DNA of 64,000 bases from Candidatus Bathyarchaeota archaeon (GCA_005888635.1 VBAW01000016.1:133859-197858); one strand, 5' to 3'. Positions 19,257-30,031 are shown, numbered from the stretch's first letter. Numbers and translations: made by a program. Notes: generated by a model from the sequence alone, not told the origin.

Positions 19257-19384
19257 TGTTGGCGCTCCGAGGTTATTCGGGAGTTTATTTCAGTTTGAGT
19301 CTAAGCCTTGGCTGACGAGACTCGATACGTTTCATTAGTTGACTCGCAGCAAAGGCAGCCATCAGCTGTCCAAACGAGTGTGCA

Positions 19385-19882
19385 CTAATGGTCCGCTTCT
19401 TTCTCATATCTCTGCCGTAGAATCTCTTGGATCAACTCCACAGCACGCTTGATCTGCCTTTGCATTGCCATCGGATCGTATCCCACCGGAGGCTTCGTAT
19501 CGAGATATCGTCGATACATGTCAAAATCAAGGAACTTTTTGCTCGTCTCGAAGATGTTCATCAGAGCTGCGCTATCCATATTCTCCAAGTCTGAACGGCG
19601 GCAGTGGTAGAATCCATTCTCTCGGGCGAACGTAATCTTTTCATTTCCGAAAGAATCGTTGTACACATCTTCCCACAGGTTCCGATCCACCTCACTTTCC
19701 TCAACAAGACCTTTCGAGATCTTTGACTGGTACACCTCGAATAGGTGGCTCGCCTGAGGCTCGGGAATCTCAAGCGCCTTGGAGACTTCCTGAAATGACA
19801 ATCCTTTCTTTCTTAGGTAATAGCAGGCCTCTTCGAGATACGGCAATGCATCCGTATCCACCTCAGTCACTCCTACCATTCC
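19385..19882 (-). CDS. hypothetical protein with HTH-like segment
   Basis: About 165 aa from MVGVTEVD. Contains GLSFQEVSKALEIPEPQASHLF, which looks like an HTH. Confidence 0.4.
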   Translation of the reverse strand, partial: GMVGVTEVDTDALPYLEEACYYLRKKGLSFQEVSKALEIPEPQASHLFEVYQSKISKGLVEESEVDRNLWEDVYNDSFGNEKITFARENGFYHCRRSDLENMDSAALMNIFETSKKFLDFDMYRRYLDTKPPVGYDPMAMQRQIKRAVELIQEILRQRYEKEADH

Positions 19883-19973
19883 TCGAATATGGGCGAGAAG
19901 ATTCAGATGAATAATAAGTTGAAGTCGTCCACACTCAGATTGGTTAGAAGGACGGGTTCTAACGGTCGGAGGG

Positions 19974-20396
19974 CTAATAAGCCATTTTCGGAAGACTGCT
20001 CTTGAAGTATCGCCTGCATTTCCTGCACTGTAGTCTGCCTTCCGAGATTGGTCGGAGTGGTGTCTCACAGAAAGGGCACATGTCGAGTCTAGCCAAATTG
20101 CTAGGTTCTTCGAGGTCTTCCAATTTAGATTTTGAACCGAGCCGAGCCGGTAAAGATTGAGAGTGCCTTCTGCCGTAAAAAGCCAAGATAACAGCTGCGA
20201 CGATCACCGCAGATATGCCGATTGTTATCTCCGGCCAAACGCTTGCCCATGCGTTTGACACGTACGCTTGCATGAAGGGATTGTGAGTGTATTCAAGATA
20301 CAACCAAACAGCAAGCAGTAGATTGGCGGCTGATTGTATCACCAACAGAGGACCGTACCTTGAGCTGAGTAGTGAAGGTAGTCTTGTTGTTCTCAT
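19974..20396 (-). CDS. membrane protein with C-terminal zinc ribbon
   Basis: 140 aa with two TM helices and CPFCETPL...CRKCRRYF. Confidence 0.45.
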   Translation of the reverse strand: MRTTRLPSLLSSRYGPLLVIQSAANLLLAVWLYLEYTHNPFMQAYVSNAWASVWPEITIGISAVIVAAVILAFYGRRHSQSLPARLGSKSKLEDLEEPSNLARLDMCPFCETPLRPISEGRLQCRKCRRYFKSSLPKMAY

Positions 20397-20558
20397 CTTG
20401 GCTTATCCCAGTATAATTGAGTACGATACCGAGGGATATCTTACCGGTCCTGAAAAATAAGGCTACCTGAGAAATGGAGACCCCACTTGAGAGTCACGGT
20501 GAGGGCTTCTCAGTGGTTGTTGAGGATCGAAGCTTTAGGCAGCCTCAGGGTGAGCTAA

Positions 20559-21785
20559 CTACCGGTAAGCCTCGTATTCGGTGCCCAGGAGACTCACGGC
20601 TATCTTCTGGACCATTATTTCATCAGTGCCTTCATAAATCCTGCAGACCCGAGTATCGACCAAGTGCCTTGGAGCTCTAGTCTCGAAGCTGTAGCCGCTT
20701 GAGCCAAGAATCTGAACTGTTCTGTCTGCAGCATCGAATGAAGCGTTTGATGCGAAGTACTTTGCCTTGGCAATCATCACGTCTGCGTAGTCTCGCAAGT
20801 CTTTGTCTTCTGGATCCGAGTCGCTTTTCTGTTTCAGAAGCGCCGCCTTGTACACCACGTTCTTCGCTGCTTCAAGATTGGTTGACATTTCCCCAATATG
20901 CCGCTGGACGAGTTGGTGTTTTGCTATCGGTTTTCCATGCTGGATTCTCTGCTTGGAAAATGCAACTGCCTCGTTGATGCAGTCCTCGATAACTCCTAAG
21001 CACCCGGCGGCAACGCTAAGTCGGCCGCTCATCAACCCCGAATAGGCTATGCTCAGCCCTTTGCCCGCGGGTCCCATTAGGTTCTCTCTTGGGACCTTGC
21101 AATTGTCTAGGAAGATTGAGCCAGTGTCTGACGTCGGCATTCCGAGTTTGTGTTTCTGTTGCTGACTCGAATATCCTTCGAAATTCTTCTCAACAATGAA
21201 CGCGCACATCCCTTCTCGCTTACCCTTCGGGTACGCAAAAATGACGGCGACATCTGCTATGCTGCCGTTTGAAATCCAGGCCTTACTGCCATTCAGTACG
21301 AAGTTGCTCCCCTTCTCCTCAAATGTTGTGCGAAGAGATGCGGGATCGCTTCCCGCGGTTGGTTCGGTCAGTCCAAAACACATGACCTTCTCTCCTCGCG
21401 TGGCTGGAGGAAGGTAGCGCTGCTTCTGCTCCTCGCTCGCCCATTTCTGAACGGTTACTTGTCCCAGAGAGATATGACCGGAGAGGAACGTTCGGACCCC
21501 AGTTCCTTCTTGGCCAATCCTTTCTAGGGCTAGGGCATAAGTCAGTACGTCTGCTCCTTGGCCTTCGCCGTATCGCCTTGAGATTGGTAATCCTAGAAGT
21601 TGCGCTTTTCTGAAAATTGGTGCAAGGCGATCATTGAACTTTCCGGCTAGGTATGCTTCGTCCTCCAACGGACGAAGTTCTCTACATGCCCTATCAACCT
21701 CATCCAGTACGAACCTTTGCTCATCGGACACGTCAAAATTCATGTGCGATAGATCTGCAAATCCAGAGTCAACAACAGTCTTCAT
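20559..21785 (-). CDS. acyl-CoA dehydrogenase
   Basis: 408 aa with the ACAD N, middle and C domains (CFGLTEPTAGSD, YEGTDEIMVQKIA). Confidence 0.9.
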   Translation of the reverse strand: MKTVVDSGFADLSHMNFDVSDEQRFVLDEVDRACRELRPLEDEAYLAGKFNDRLAPIFRKAQLLGLPISRRYGEGQGADVLTYALALERIGQEGTGVRTFLSGHISLGQVTVQKWASEEQKQRYLPPATRGEKVMCFGLTEPTAGSDPASLRTTFEEKGSNFVLNGSKAWISNGSIADVAVIFAYPKGKREGMCAFIVEKNFEGYSSQQQKHKLGMPTSDTGSIFLDNCKVPRENLMGPAGKGLSIAYSGLMSGRLSVAAGCLGVIEDCINEAVAFSKQRIQHGKPIAKHQLVQRHIGEMSTNLEAAKNVVYKAALLKQKSDSDPEDKDLRDYADVMIAKAKYFASNASFDAADRTVQILGSSGYSFETRAPRHLVDTRVCRIYEGTDEIMVQKIAVSLLGTEYEAYR

Positions 21786-21877
21786 GTCACGATTACACTA
21801 TTCCTAGATTATCTAGCTCCACGTTTTCTGGAAAAGTTATATCATTGGGTTCTTAGCCATTTGCCCGAGGCCAATAG

Positions 21878-22042
21878 TTGCCCATTCAAGTTGAGGAAGA
21901 AGACATCCCCTTCTTCGCTGAAGTAATAGCGGGCGGACGAATCACCATACCAGAGGAAATTAGAAAAATCTTCGGCGTGAAAGATGGAGACCACGTCATG
22001 TGTCGTGTAAGGCTCGTAAAGAGGGCCGAAGACATAAAGTAG
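21878..22042 (+). CDS. AbrB/MazE/SpoVT-family small DNA-binding protein (below the ORF-track size cutoff)
   Basis: 54-aa ORF from TTG: MPIQVEEEDIPFFAEVIAGGRITIPEEIRKIFGVKDGDHVMCRVRLVKRAEDIK. It matches the swapped-hairpin consensus G-R-[IV]-T-IP-x-E-IR-K-x-LG-[IV]-x-x-GD-x-V. Confidence 0.45.
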   Translation: MPIQVEEEDIPFFAEVIAGGRITIPEEIRKIFGVKDGDHVMCRVRLVKRAEDIK

Positions 22043-22132
22043 AAGATACTAAACTATTCTCCCTGATTTCGCCCTCTGTGTTCTGACAATCTTAAATAAC
22101 CTCAAAGCACTCGATCCATTCTGGCACCCCAG

Positions 22133-23158
22133 TTGACACTGGACGTCTCCGATCCAACCGAGGTCGTAGACGGCTTTCGAAACAAGTCAATTCTTGTCAT
22201 TGGGGACCTTATCGTCGACCGATACGTTCATTCTCAAGGTCGAAAGCTCTCTCGTGAGGCCCCTGTGCCGGTGGCCGACTTTATCTCTGAAGAGCTTCTT
22301 CTCGGAGGAGCCACCAACCTTACCAACAATCTCGTCGCCTTAGGCGCGAAGGTCAAGGTCCTCGGGGTCGTTGGAAAGGACGAGGCCGGGCGCTGGATCG
22401 AAGAAGAGCTTCGCCGAAAGGGAGTAGACGTCTCGGGGATCGTGGTCAACGATAGGCCTACCAGCCTGAAAACGCGGTTTATCCTGAACCATCGACAATA
22501 CCTTCGAATCGATAAGGAGTACCGATCCGACGTGGAGCCTCACATCACGAGGCAGTTTCTACAACCCCTGAAAGAGCTGGTGGGAGGGGCTGATAGCGTC
22601 GTATTCTCCGACTATGACAAGGGAGTGATAACGCCCGAATTGATCAGCAACGTCGTAGAGGAATGTCGGGTGCAGAACAAGAAGGTCCTGGCTCAGCCAA
22701 AGGTACGCCACTATCTAGACTACATCGGAGTAACGATGGTCAAGTCCAATGCACGTGAAGGCAGCATTGCCACCGGTGTCTCGATGGTGAATGATACTTC
22801 GCTTCGCAACATGGGACACAACCTGATGACCCGGCTCGAATGCGAGAGTCTTCTACTGACCCGAAGCGAGCACGGCATGATCTTGTTCGAGAAGAAGAAC
22901 ATCACCAGCTTCCCAGCATTCAAGGGCCCGAAGCCGGGATTCAACGCTGTGGGTGTACGAGATTGCCAGACTGCGGTTCTCGCAATGTCCATGGCTGCTG
23001 GAGCTTCTGTCCGAGAGGCTGTTCTCCTCGCCGGTCTGGCTGCCGCCCAGCAAGCGGACAAGATCGGTACTGTTGTAGTGGATCTGAACGATCTTCGATC
23101 TCAAGCTAGCACAACGTTAGAGCTTGCAGAGCATATAGTTCAGGTCCCGGTCCACTAG
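22133..23158 (+). CDS. PfkB-family carbohydrate kinase (ribokinase/RfaE domain I-like)
   Basis: 341 aa with ILVIGDLIVDRY and a C-terminal anion-hole region (GAGD-like VGVRDCQTAV). Confidence 0.8.
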   Translation: MTLDVSDPTEVVDGFRNKSILVIGDLIVDRYVHSQGRKLSREAPVPVADFISEELLLGGATNLTNNLVALGAKVKVLGVVGKDEAGRWIEEELRRKGVDVSGIVVNDRPTSLKTRFILNHRQYLRIDKEYRSDVEPHITRQFLQPLKELVGGADSVVFSDYDKGVITPELISNVVEECRVQNKKVLAQPKVRHYLDYIGVTMVKSNAREGSIATGVSMVNDTSLRNMGHNLMTRLECESLLLTRSEHGMILFEKKNITSFPAFKGPKPGFNAVGVRDCQTAVLAMSMAAGASVREAVLLAGLAAAQQADKIGTVVVDLNDLRSQASTTLELAEHIVQVPVH

Positions 23159-23160
23159 TA

Positions 23161-23988
23161 ATGGAACAGACGCAGATCCCTTTTGGTATGCTGCTGCAGA
23201 AAGCGGTCAAGATTAGAACCCACATTCTGGAAATGCTTGCAGAGGCCAAGTCGGGTCATCCCGGAGGAAGCCTCTCAGCTGTCGAGATCCTAGTCTCGCT
23301 CTACTTCTACAAGATGCGCCACGATCCCAAGCGGCCCGATTGGCCTGACCGAGATAGGTTTGTCCTCTCCAAGGGTCACGCTGCTCCTGTTCTATTCGCT
23401 ACGCTCGCAGAGGCAGGCTATATTCCAATAAGCGAGCTGAAGACTCTGCGAAAGCTGAACAGCAGACTGCAAGGGCATCCGGACCACCGGGTGCCTGGAG
23501 TGGAATTCCCCGGAGGTTCGCTGGGAATCGGATTGTCGGCTGCGATAGGCATGGCACTTGCGGGCAAGATCGACAAGAAAGACTATCGAGTCTACGCGTT
23601 GCTGGGAGATGGGGAGTTGGACGAGGGCGAGACCTGGGAGGCGGCCATGGCGGCGCCGAAATTCAAACTGGGCAATCTCACGGCCATCATTGATCGGAAC
23701 GGGATTCAACAGGATGGTCTAACTGAACAGATCATGCCGATGGAGCCTCTAGCCTACAAGTGGAAAGCCTTCAACTGGCACGTTCTAGAGGTTGATGGGT
23801 TCGATCTCCGCCAGGTAATCGAAGCCTTGGAAAAAGCCGAGAACATGCGGAACCGGCCCACTGTCATCATTGCACACACAGTAAAGGGCAAGGGAGTATC
23901 TTTCATGGAGTGGGACCCCGCCTATCATGGCAAGGCACCGGACAAGGATACAGTGAAGAAACTGGTCGAGTCTATGAGGAATCAATAA
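23161..23988 (+). CDS. tkt: transketolase, N-terminal subunit
   Basis: 275 aa with GHPGGSLSAVEIL and GDGELDEGETWEA thiamine-diphosphate binding motifs. Confidence 0.9.
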   Translation: MEQTQIPFGMLLQKAVKIRTHILEMLAEAKSGHPGGSLSAVEILVSLYFYKMRHDPKRPDWPDRDRFVLSKGHAAPVLFATLAEAGYIPISELKTLRKLNSRLQGHPDHRVPGVEFPGGSLGIGLSAAIGMALAGKIDKKDYRVYALLGDGELDEGETWEAAMAAPKFKLGNLTAIIDRNGIQQDGLTEQIMPMEPLAYKWKAFNWHVLEVDGFDLRQVIEALEKAENMRNRPTVIIAHTVKGKGVSFMEWDPAYHGKAPDKDTVKKLVESMRNQ

Positions 23989-24025
23989 TGAGCATCGAAT
24001 TGTCCTTTGGTTCAAAGGGTAAGGA

Positions 24026-24979
24026 ATGCTTGGACTGATGCTCGTCCAAATGAGCTCGATGCGGGACGCTCTCGCCGAGGCCCTTCTCGAACTCGGATCA
24101 AAGGATCAGAGAATAGTCGTACTAGGAGCCGACACATCGGTCTCCATCAAGACCAGCCTCTTCGCCGATCGATATCCTGACCGATTCTTCAACGTAGGAA
24201 TCGCCGAAGCTAACATGATCGGGATCGCCGCAGGACTCGCCCTGGCCGGTAAGATACCATACGTCAGCACGTACTCCGCGTTCGTCCCCGGGAAATGTCT
24301 GGACCAGATCCGGAACGCGGTCGCCTATCCGAACTTAGACGTCAAGATAGTCTCCTCCCATGGCGGCGTTAGCGTGGGCCCCGACGGTGCCTCCCACCAG
24401 ACAGTGGAAGACGTGGCGGCAATGCGGGCAATCCCGCACTTGCGAGTCATCGTACCCGCTGACGCTCCTTCGACAAGGGTCTTGATAGAAGAATCTTGGA
24501 GGACTCCAGGGCCCTTCTATATTCGTCTCAGTAGGCCCAGCGTGCCTGAGGTTTATTCCTCGCGCCCCGACCTGAAGGTAGGACATGTCAAGGTTTTGAA
24601 GGACGGGACTGACGTGGCGATCATCGCTTGTGGCGTAATGGTGAACGAGGCGTTGGAAGCTGGCGAGTCTCTGGCTAAGGAGAAAATCTCAGCTGAAATC
24701 GTAGACTGTCACACTCTCAAACCTCTGGACGCAGACACCATTGTCGGTGTCGCAAGAAAGACTGGAGGAATCGTCACGGCTGAAGAGCAGAATATCATTG
24801 GTGGACTCGGGAGCGCCGTTGCAGAATCAACATCAAGCTCCTACCCCGTGCCCATCTCAATTGTCGGTGTCAGAGACACCTTCGGAGAGTCAGGCGAATA
24901 CAAGGAGCTCATGGCAAAGTATGGTCTTACCTCAAAAGATATCGTCAGAGCTGCAAAGAAGCTAGTCGCGTCTAGGTGA
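24026..24979 (+). CDS. tkt: transketolase, C-terminal subunit
   Basis: 317 aa with a pyrimidine-binding domain plus C-terminal domain (FNVGIAEANMIGIAAGLA). Confidence 0.9.
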   Translation: MLGLMLVQMSSMRDALAEALLELGSKDQRIVVLGADTSVSIKTSLFADRYPDRFFNVGIAEANMIGIAAGLALAGKIPYVSTYSAFVPGKCLDQIRNAVAYPNLDVKIVSSHGGVSVGPDGASHQTVEDVAAMRAIPHLRVIVPADAPSTRVLIEESWRTPGPFYIRLSRPSVPEVYSSRPDLKVGHVKVLKDGTDVAIIACGVMVNEALEAGESLAKEKISAEIVDCHTLKPLDADTIVGVARKTGGIVTAEEQNIIGGLGSAVAESTSSSYPVPISIVGVRDTFGESGEYKELMAKYGLTSKDIVRAAKKLVASR

Positions 24980-24986
24980 TTATTGA

Positions 24987-25688
24987 TTGAAGATCTTCCT
25001 CGACACTGCCAACATACCGTCCATCAAGACGTTCGTCGACATGGGAGTCTTGGACGGGATAACCACCAACCCGACACTCATCGCTAAAGAGAACAGGGAA
25101 TTCGTCGAACTCGTAACGGATATTCTGAGACTTGTTCAAGGACCCGTAAACCTTGAGGTGGTTAGTCAGGAGACTGAGGGAATGGTCCGGGAAGGGCATG
25201 ATCTTGCCGCCCTGGGACCCAATGTCGTGGTCAAATGCCCGATGACGGGGGAGGGGCTCAAAGCGGTCAGGGGGCTTCACAAGGATGGCATCAAGACAAA
25301 CGTAACTCTAGTCTTCTCTCCGAACCAGGCGCTTCTGGCGGCGAAGGCTGGAGCGGACTATGTTAGCCCATTCATCGGTCGGCTCGACGACGCCGGGCAT
25401 GAAGGGATGAAGATAATCGAAGAGATTTTGCTGATTTACCGAAATTACAATATTGATACTCAAGTGTTAGTGGCTAGCATTCGTCACCCGGTGCACGTTG
25501 TAGAGGCTGCGAAGCTGGGTGCTCATGTGGCTACGATGCCGGCTGATGTCTTGGACAAGATGGTGAAACATCCATTGACTGATATTGGGCTGAAACGGTT
25601 CTTGGATGATTGGCAGAAGGCGGGTCTCAGGCTTCCGGAAGGAAGGTCGACCGTTCCGAGGGCGAAGCCTCTGGTCCAACGAGTTTAG
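24987..25688 (+). CDS. transaldolase / fructose-6-phosphate aldolase family
   Basis: 233 aa with MKIFLDTANI...TTNPTL and a Schiff-base lysine region VVVKCP. Confidence 0.85.
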   Translation: MKIFLDTANIPSIKTFVDMGVLDGITTNPTLIAKENREFVELVTDILRLVQGPVNLEVVSQETEGMVREGHDLAALGPNVVVKCPMTGEGLKAVRGLHKDGIKTNVTLVFSPNQALLAAKAGADYVSPFIGRLDDAGHEGMKIIEEILLIYRNYNIDTQVLVASIRHPVHVVEAAKLGAHVATMPADVLDKMVKHPLTDIGLKRFLDDWQKAGLRLPEGRSTVPRAKPLVQRV

Positions 25689-25808
25689 GAATCTGCCTGC
25701 CGAATGTCGTCTCCTATCGTGCTTGATGCTTCAACTCTGTTCTAGGCTAATTGGGAGTCTTCGCCGTCAGTCTTTTGAATAGGTGATTATTCCTCTCTCT
25801 GTTGCCCT

Positions 25809-27440
25809 TTGGCGAAGTACATATTCGTCACCGGCGGAGTAATGTCCGGAATAGGAAAGGGAGTCATCGCAGCTTCTATCGGCAAAATTCTTCAAGTCCG
25901 AGGACTGAAGGTCACCGCCGCAAAGGTCGACCCCTACCTCAACTATGATGCAGGAACGATGAACCCGTACATCCACGGCGAGGTCTTCGTGACGGAAGAC
26001 GGGGGCGAGACCGATATGGACATCGGCACCTACGAGAGATTTCTAGACATCAACGTTCCAAAGAGCCACAACATTACGACCGGACAGATCTATTCCTCTG
26101 TCATCGAACGAGAGAGAAGGGGAGACTTTCTTGGAAAGTGCGTCCAGATAATTCCACACATTACCGACGAAATCAAGGGTCGTCTTCGAAATATCGCACG
26201 CGAGGATGCGGGTGTTGTGATAGTGGAGATAGGTGGGACTGTCGGCGACATCGAGTCCCTCCCCTATCTAGAAGCTGCCCGTCAATTCAGGTTCGACGAG
26301 GGAATCGGAAACGTCGTCAATGTCCACGTCACCCTCGTTCCGATGCTCGATGTTGTCGGTGAACAGAAAACCAAGCCAACACAGCACAGCGTTCAAGAGC
26401 TTAGACGCATAGGCGTCCAGCCTGACGTTATTGTTGCTCGAAGCAAGGTGCCTCTTAAGCCAGAGCCGCGAAAGAAGATCGCTCTCTTCTGCAACGTCGA
26501 AGAATCCGCGGTCTTCACCTCCCAAGACATCGCTAGCATCTACGAATCACCTCTCCTTCTAGACGAACAGGGTCTGGGCAGTTACATGGTCAATAGGCTT
26601 CAATTGTCAAGCAAGGAGCCCGAGTGGAGCCCGTGGAAGAAGATGATCAAGACCCATCTTGGACCGGAAAACCAGGTTACAATCGCAGTCTGCGGGAAAT
26701 ATGCCGAACTCGCTGACTGCTATGTTAGCGTCAACGAAGCGCTTCGTGATGCAGGCGCTACCCTAAACGCAAAAGTTGATCTGGAGTTTATTGAGACTGA
26801 CGATTTCGAGACGGATCCCTCAAGGGTCCGCGTATTGTCCGGGTTCGACGGACTCTTGGTGCCGGGAGGGTTTGGGTCGAGAGGCTCCGAGGGAAAGATC
26901 AGAGCAATAGAATACGCGCGAACTCACAACATTCCATTCCTAGGAATCTGTTTCGGATTCCAACTAGCAGTGGTCGAATATGCCCGGAGCCTAGGAATGA
27001 TGGATGCGGCCAGCTCAGAGCTGACCTCAGACTCGAAAAATTACGTTATTGACCTAATGCCGGAGCAGAATAGCGTGTTGGAGAAGGGCGGGACCATGAG
27101 GCTGGGAGCGCATGAAATCTCCATTGACACGGAAAGCATCGCATACTCGCTCTATCAGAAAACGAAGGCTTGGGAGAGGCATAGGCACCGGTACGAAGTC
27201 AACCCCAAGTACATTCCACAACTCACATCGAAGGGATTAAGATTCTCAGGAAAGAGCGACGCCAGCCGGAGAATGGAGATTCTTGAACTACCGAGCAACA
27301 CTTTCCACTTTGCGACGCAGTACCATGCAGAGTTCAAGTCCCGACCTGGACGACCCTCGCCACCGTATATGGGACTCGTGAAGTCGTCGCTTTCGAAGAA
27401 TCTGAAGCTGGAACCCAAACAGGTTATGACGCGCCAGTAA
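25809..27440 (+). CDS. pyrG: CTP synthase
   Basis: 543 aa with [15 protein letters not shown], and a GATase domain with GICFGFQ and HRHRYEVN. Confidence 0.95.
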   Translation: MAKYIFVTGGVMSGIGKGVIAASIGKILQVRGLKVTAAKVDPYLNYDAGTMNPYIHGEVFVTEDGGETDMDIGTYERFLDINVPKSHNITTGQIYSSVIERERRGDFLGKCVQIIPHITDEIKGRLRNIAREDAGVVIVEIGGTVGDIESLPYLEAARQFRFDEGIGNVVNVHVTLVPMLDVVGEQKTKPTQHSVQELRRIGVQPDVIVARSKVPLKPEPRKKIALFCNVEESAVFTSQDIASIYESPLLLDEQGLGSYMVNRLQLSSKEPEWSPWKKMIKTHLGPENQVTIAVCGKYAELADCYVSVNEALRDAGATLNAKVDLEFIETDDFETDPSRVRVLSGFDGLLVPGGFGSRGSEGKIRAIEYARTHNIPFLGICFGFQLAVVEYARSLGMMDAASSELTSDSKNYVIDLMPEQNSVLEKGGTMRLGAHEISIDTESIAYSLYQKTKAWERHRHRYEVNPKYIPQLTSKGLRFSGKSDASRRMEILELPSNTFHFATQYHAEFKSRPGRPSPPYMGLVKSSLSKNLKLEPKQVMTRQ

Positions 27441-27459
27441 ATCTTCGAGGGAACTATGT

Positions 27460-28077
27460 ATGGAATCGAAAACTGACGCAGCGTCTAAGGTCGTTACCGG
27501 GCACCGCACACCGGTAGTTACCATTACCGTGACGGCCGTCTTCACGGCGCTGGTCTTTCTCTCAACATACCTGTTTCAGATTCCGATCCCTGCAACTCAG
27601 GGATACTTCAATCTCGGAGACATCATGATCTTTATCACCTCACTGACGTTTGGACCGACAGTGGGTGGATTCGCAGGCGGAATAGGTTCGTTCTTGTCTG
27701 ATGCTCTCGGCGGATTCGGCACTTTTGCACCGTTCACTCTGATCATAAAGGGGCTGGAAGGGTATGTTGCTGGACTGATCTCAAGGCGGAGTCTTCAGCG
27801 TCGGACCCTAATGATTGCTTGGGCTGCAGGTAGCGTGGTTATGGTTCTTGGATATTTCGCGACGGAATCATTCCTTATTGCTCTGGTCTTCGGCTCATCG
27901 TCCGCAACCGGGATCGTTGCCGCGTCAGGAGAGGTTCCATTCAACATTCTACAGGTTGTCGGAGGGGGAGCAGTCGGGATCCCTGTCTCGATAGGACTAA
28001 AGTATGCATTCCGCTCAACGCCCTATTTCTCCAGAATTCTAGGTCCTGCTCCTCGTCGTCAGCCTGAGAAGAAATAG
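27460..28077 (+). CDS. ECF-transporter S-component-like membrane protein
   Basis: 205 aa with 5-6 TM helices and YFNLGDIMIFITSLTFGP, typical of ECF substrate-capture proteins. Confidence 0.55.
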   Translation: MESKTDAASKVVTGHRTPVVTITVTAVFTALVFLSTYLFQIPIPATQGYFNLGDIMIFITSLTFGPTVGGFAGGIGSFLSDALGGFGTFAPFTLIIKGLEGYVAGLISRRSLQRRTLMIAWAAGSVVMVLGYFATESFLIALVFGSSSATGIVAASGEVPFNILQVVGGGAVGIPVSIGLKYAFRSTPYFSRILGPAPRRQPEKK

Positions 28078-28320
28078 CTAAGGCCCGCTAGGCTGGGCTA
28101 CGCAGATGTAGAGCACGTTGCTGCCTCTAACTATCAGGCTTCCATAGTTCGTGGCCGGGTCGCCGCCACGGTATTCTCTAGCTCCGTCGAGGATGATGTT
28201 CATGTGGCTATCGCAGTCAATCATCTTGCCCCGATACTCAGTATCGTTCTTCAGCTTGACTGCCACGTCGCCGTTCATCTTGCGGATGAGAAGGTTGAGT
28301 GGCTTTCTCGATGGTTCCAT
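28078..28320 (-). CDS. Sm-like (LSm/SmAP) protein
   Basis: 80 aa: PLNLLIRKMNGDVAVKLKNDTEYRGKMIDCDSHMNIILDGAREY...LIVRGSNVLYI, carrying Sm1/Sm2 motifs. Confidence 0.8.
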   Translation of the reverse strand: MEPSRKPLNLLIRKMNGDVAVKLKNDTEYRGKMIDCDSHMNIILDGAREYRGGDPATNYGSLIVRGSNVLYICVAQPSGP

Positions 28321-28607
28321 GCGGCGGCCTTATCGCGGCTGTTCGGCTGAGGCCATAAAAACTCTTTGTCAAACCACGGCGTTCGGATCTTGGACTCTCA
28401 GTCTAGCTAGCTCTCTGAGTCTTCTCTCGCCAGCATCTTCTGGTTATGCTGTTCCTTCCTGAAATCGGTCTTCAGCTTTCCGCATCTTATGCATCTAGCC
28501 ATCTGTCCTCTTCCGCGCCATTGGTGCGAGCATCCCGGCATTCTTGTCAATGCTAGAAGTGCAGGTCTAGTTCTTAAAGTCCACGAAGCCAGACGCAGAT
28601 TCGGCGG

Positions 28608-29144
28608 TCATTCTAGAGCTTCAGCCGGAGGGAGAAGATAGAGTGTCTCCCGGTCAGAAATGATCGTCGATCGCGCGGGTTTCAGCAGAGATTCAGGATT
28701 TGGCAGTCCGGGCTGCTGGAAGAGAGTGAACGCTAGGAGCGCGTCTGGGCGGCTAATTCTCTTAAGATCGGCGATGAAAGCCGAATGATTCGACTCTGCC
28801 TTCGCCGTGGAGATGGAGACTGAGCAGTCTGATGAAGCGTCCTTGATCGGTAGCGAGTTTGAGCTTGCCAACACGTAATCGGTATTAGCTGTCTTTCTTC
28901 TCCTCGCGATTCGCAGCATCCTTCTTGACAAGTCGATGCCTATCGCATGATCGTAGATCTCGTGCGCCTTTTCGAGGAAAGTGCCGGTTCCGCAACCGAT
29001 GTCGATGAGAACTCGGAAGTGTCCGGTTCCAAGGAATCCTAGGACCGTTTCGTATTTGCTCGATTGTTCCTCCCCGTATAGTTCGTCGTATGAGCCGGAG
29101 AGTGCGTTGTACCATTCTGCGACTTGCCTATCGTCCTTTTCCAA
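28608..29144 (-). CDS. class I SAM-dependent methyltransferase
   Basis: 178 aa with VLIDIGCGTGTF motif I. Confidence 0.7.
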   Translation of the reverse strand: MEKDDRQVAEWYNALSGSYDELYGEEQSSKYETVLGFLGTGHFRVLIDIGCGTGTFLEKAHEIYDHAIGIDLSRRMLRIARRRKTANTDYVLASSNSLPIKDASSDCSVSISTAKAESNHSAFIADLKRISRPDALLAFTLFQQPGLPNPESLLKPARSTIISDRETLYLLPPAEALE

Positions 29145-29198
29145 ATCATACTGATATATTGCGGATAGAGAGTTGAATCTTTCTGACGTGGATCTTCG

Positions 29199-29990
29199 AT
29201 GGTGGTCTTGGTCTCCCCTGGGCTAGATGAGGCTCGTTTGGAACTATGGAAGGCGTTGGAGGCTCGGATGATGGTGACGATGGTCGCGAATTGCACTATC
29301 AGCTATTCCGGCCGGACGGGCAGCGACATCGGAGAGGGTGAACGTCTAATCGTTCTGAAGGGTGATGGTTGTGTGCTGGTTCACAGGAGCAGGGACTACC
29401 AGCCTGTTAACTGGCAGCCGTCTGGTTGTGTCTTCCAGACTCGGATCGAGGATGGGCGTCTGATCGTAAAGGCTGTCCGCCCCAGTCCATTGGAGACGCT
29501 GAATATCGAAATTGACAGGATTGACTTTCTCAGCGCTTTCCGTTTGAAGGACGAGGCCGAGTTTATCCTCCACTCAAGTGAGGAGGAAATGCAGAAGGCC
29601 ATACTCGCAGAACCGGATCTGATCGAGCAAGGGCTTCGAGTGATAGATTTCGAGAAAAAAGTTGCTCCCGGATTCGTCGACGTTTACGGAATCGACTCTC
29701 AGGGAAACACGGTGGTCATTGAGATCAAGAAGGATCCGGCTGGAGCGGCTGCAGTTAAGCAACTCGTAGAATACCTAAAGTACCTTTCACCGGCAGAGGG
29801 TAAGAAGCTTCGACCTATCATAGTCGCACCGTCTCTCGCCAAGGGCGTTCTGCCGACGGTGGAGAAGATGAAGATCGAGTTCAAGCCGCTGACGCTGCAG
29901 AAGAGCTTCGAAACGTTGCAGAAGCGTATGAAGTCCGACCAGAAGGCGTTGAAGGGATGGCTCGGAGATGCTCCTTCAGAGAAGTCGTGA
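29199..29990 (+). CDS. nucS: endonuclease NucS/EndoMS
   Basis: 263 aa with an N-terminal NucS DNA-binding domain and a C-terminal RecB-like nuclease core (VDVYGIDSQGNTVVIEIKK...QLVEYLKYL). Confidence 0.8.
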   Translation: MVVLVSPGLDEARLELWKALEARMMVTMVANCTISYSGRTGSDIGEGERLIVLKGDGCVLVHRSRDYQPVNWQPSGCVFQTRIEDGRLIVKAVRPSPLETLNIEIDRIDFLSAFRLKDEAEFILHSSEEEMQKAILAEPDLIEQGLRVIDFEKKVAPGFVDVYGIDSQGNTVVIEIKKDPAGAAAVKQLVEYLKYLSPAEGKKLRPIIVAPSLAKGVLPTVEKMKIEFKPLTLQKSFETLQKRMKSDQKALKGWLGDAPSEKS

Positions 29991-30031
29991 TCGTTCGAAG
30001 GAAAAACTCGGGCGCAATCTGTTACGTTCTC

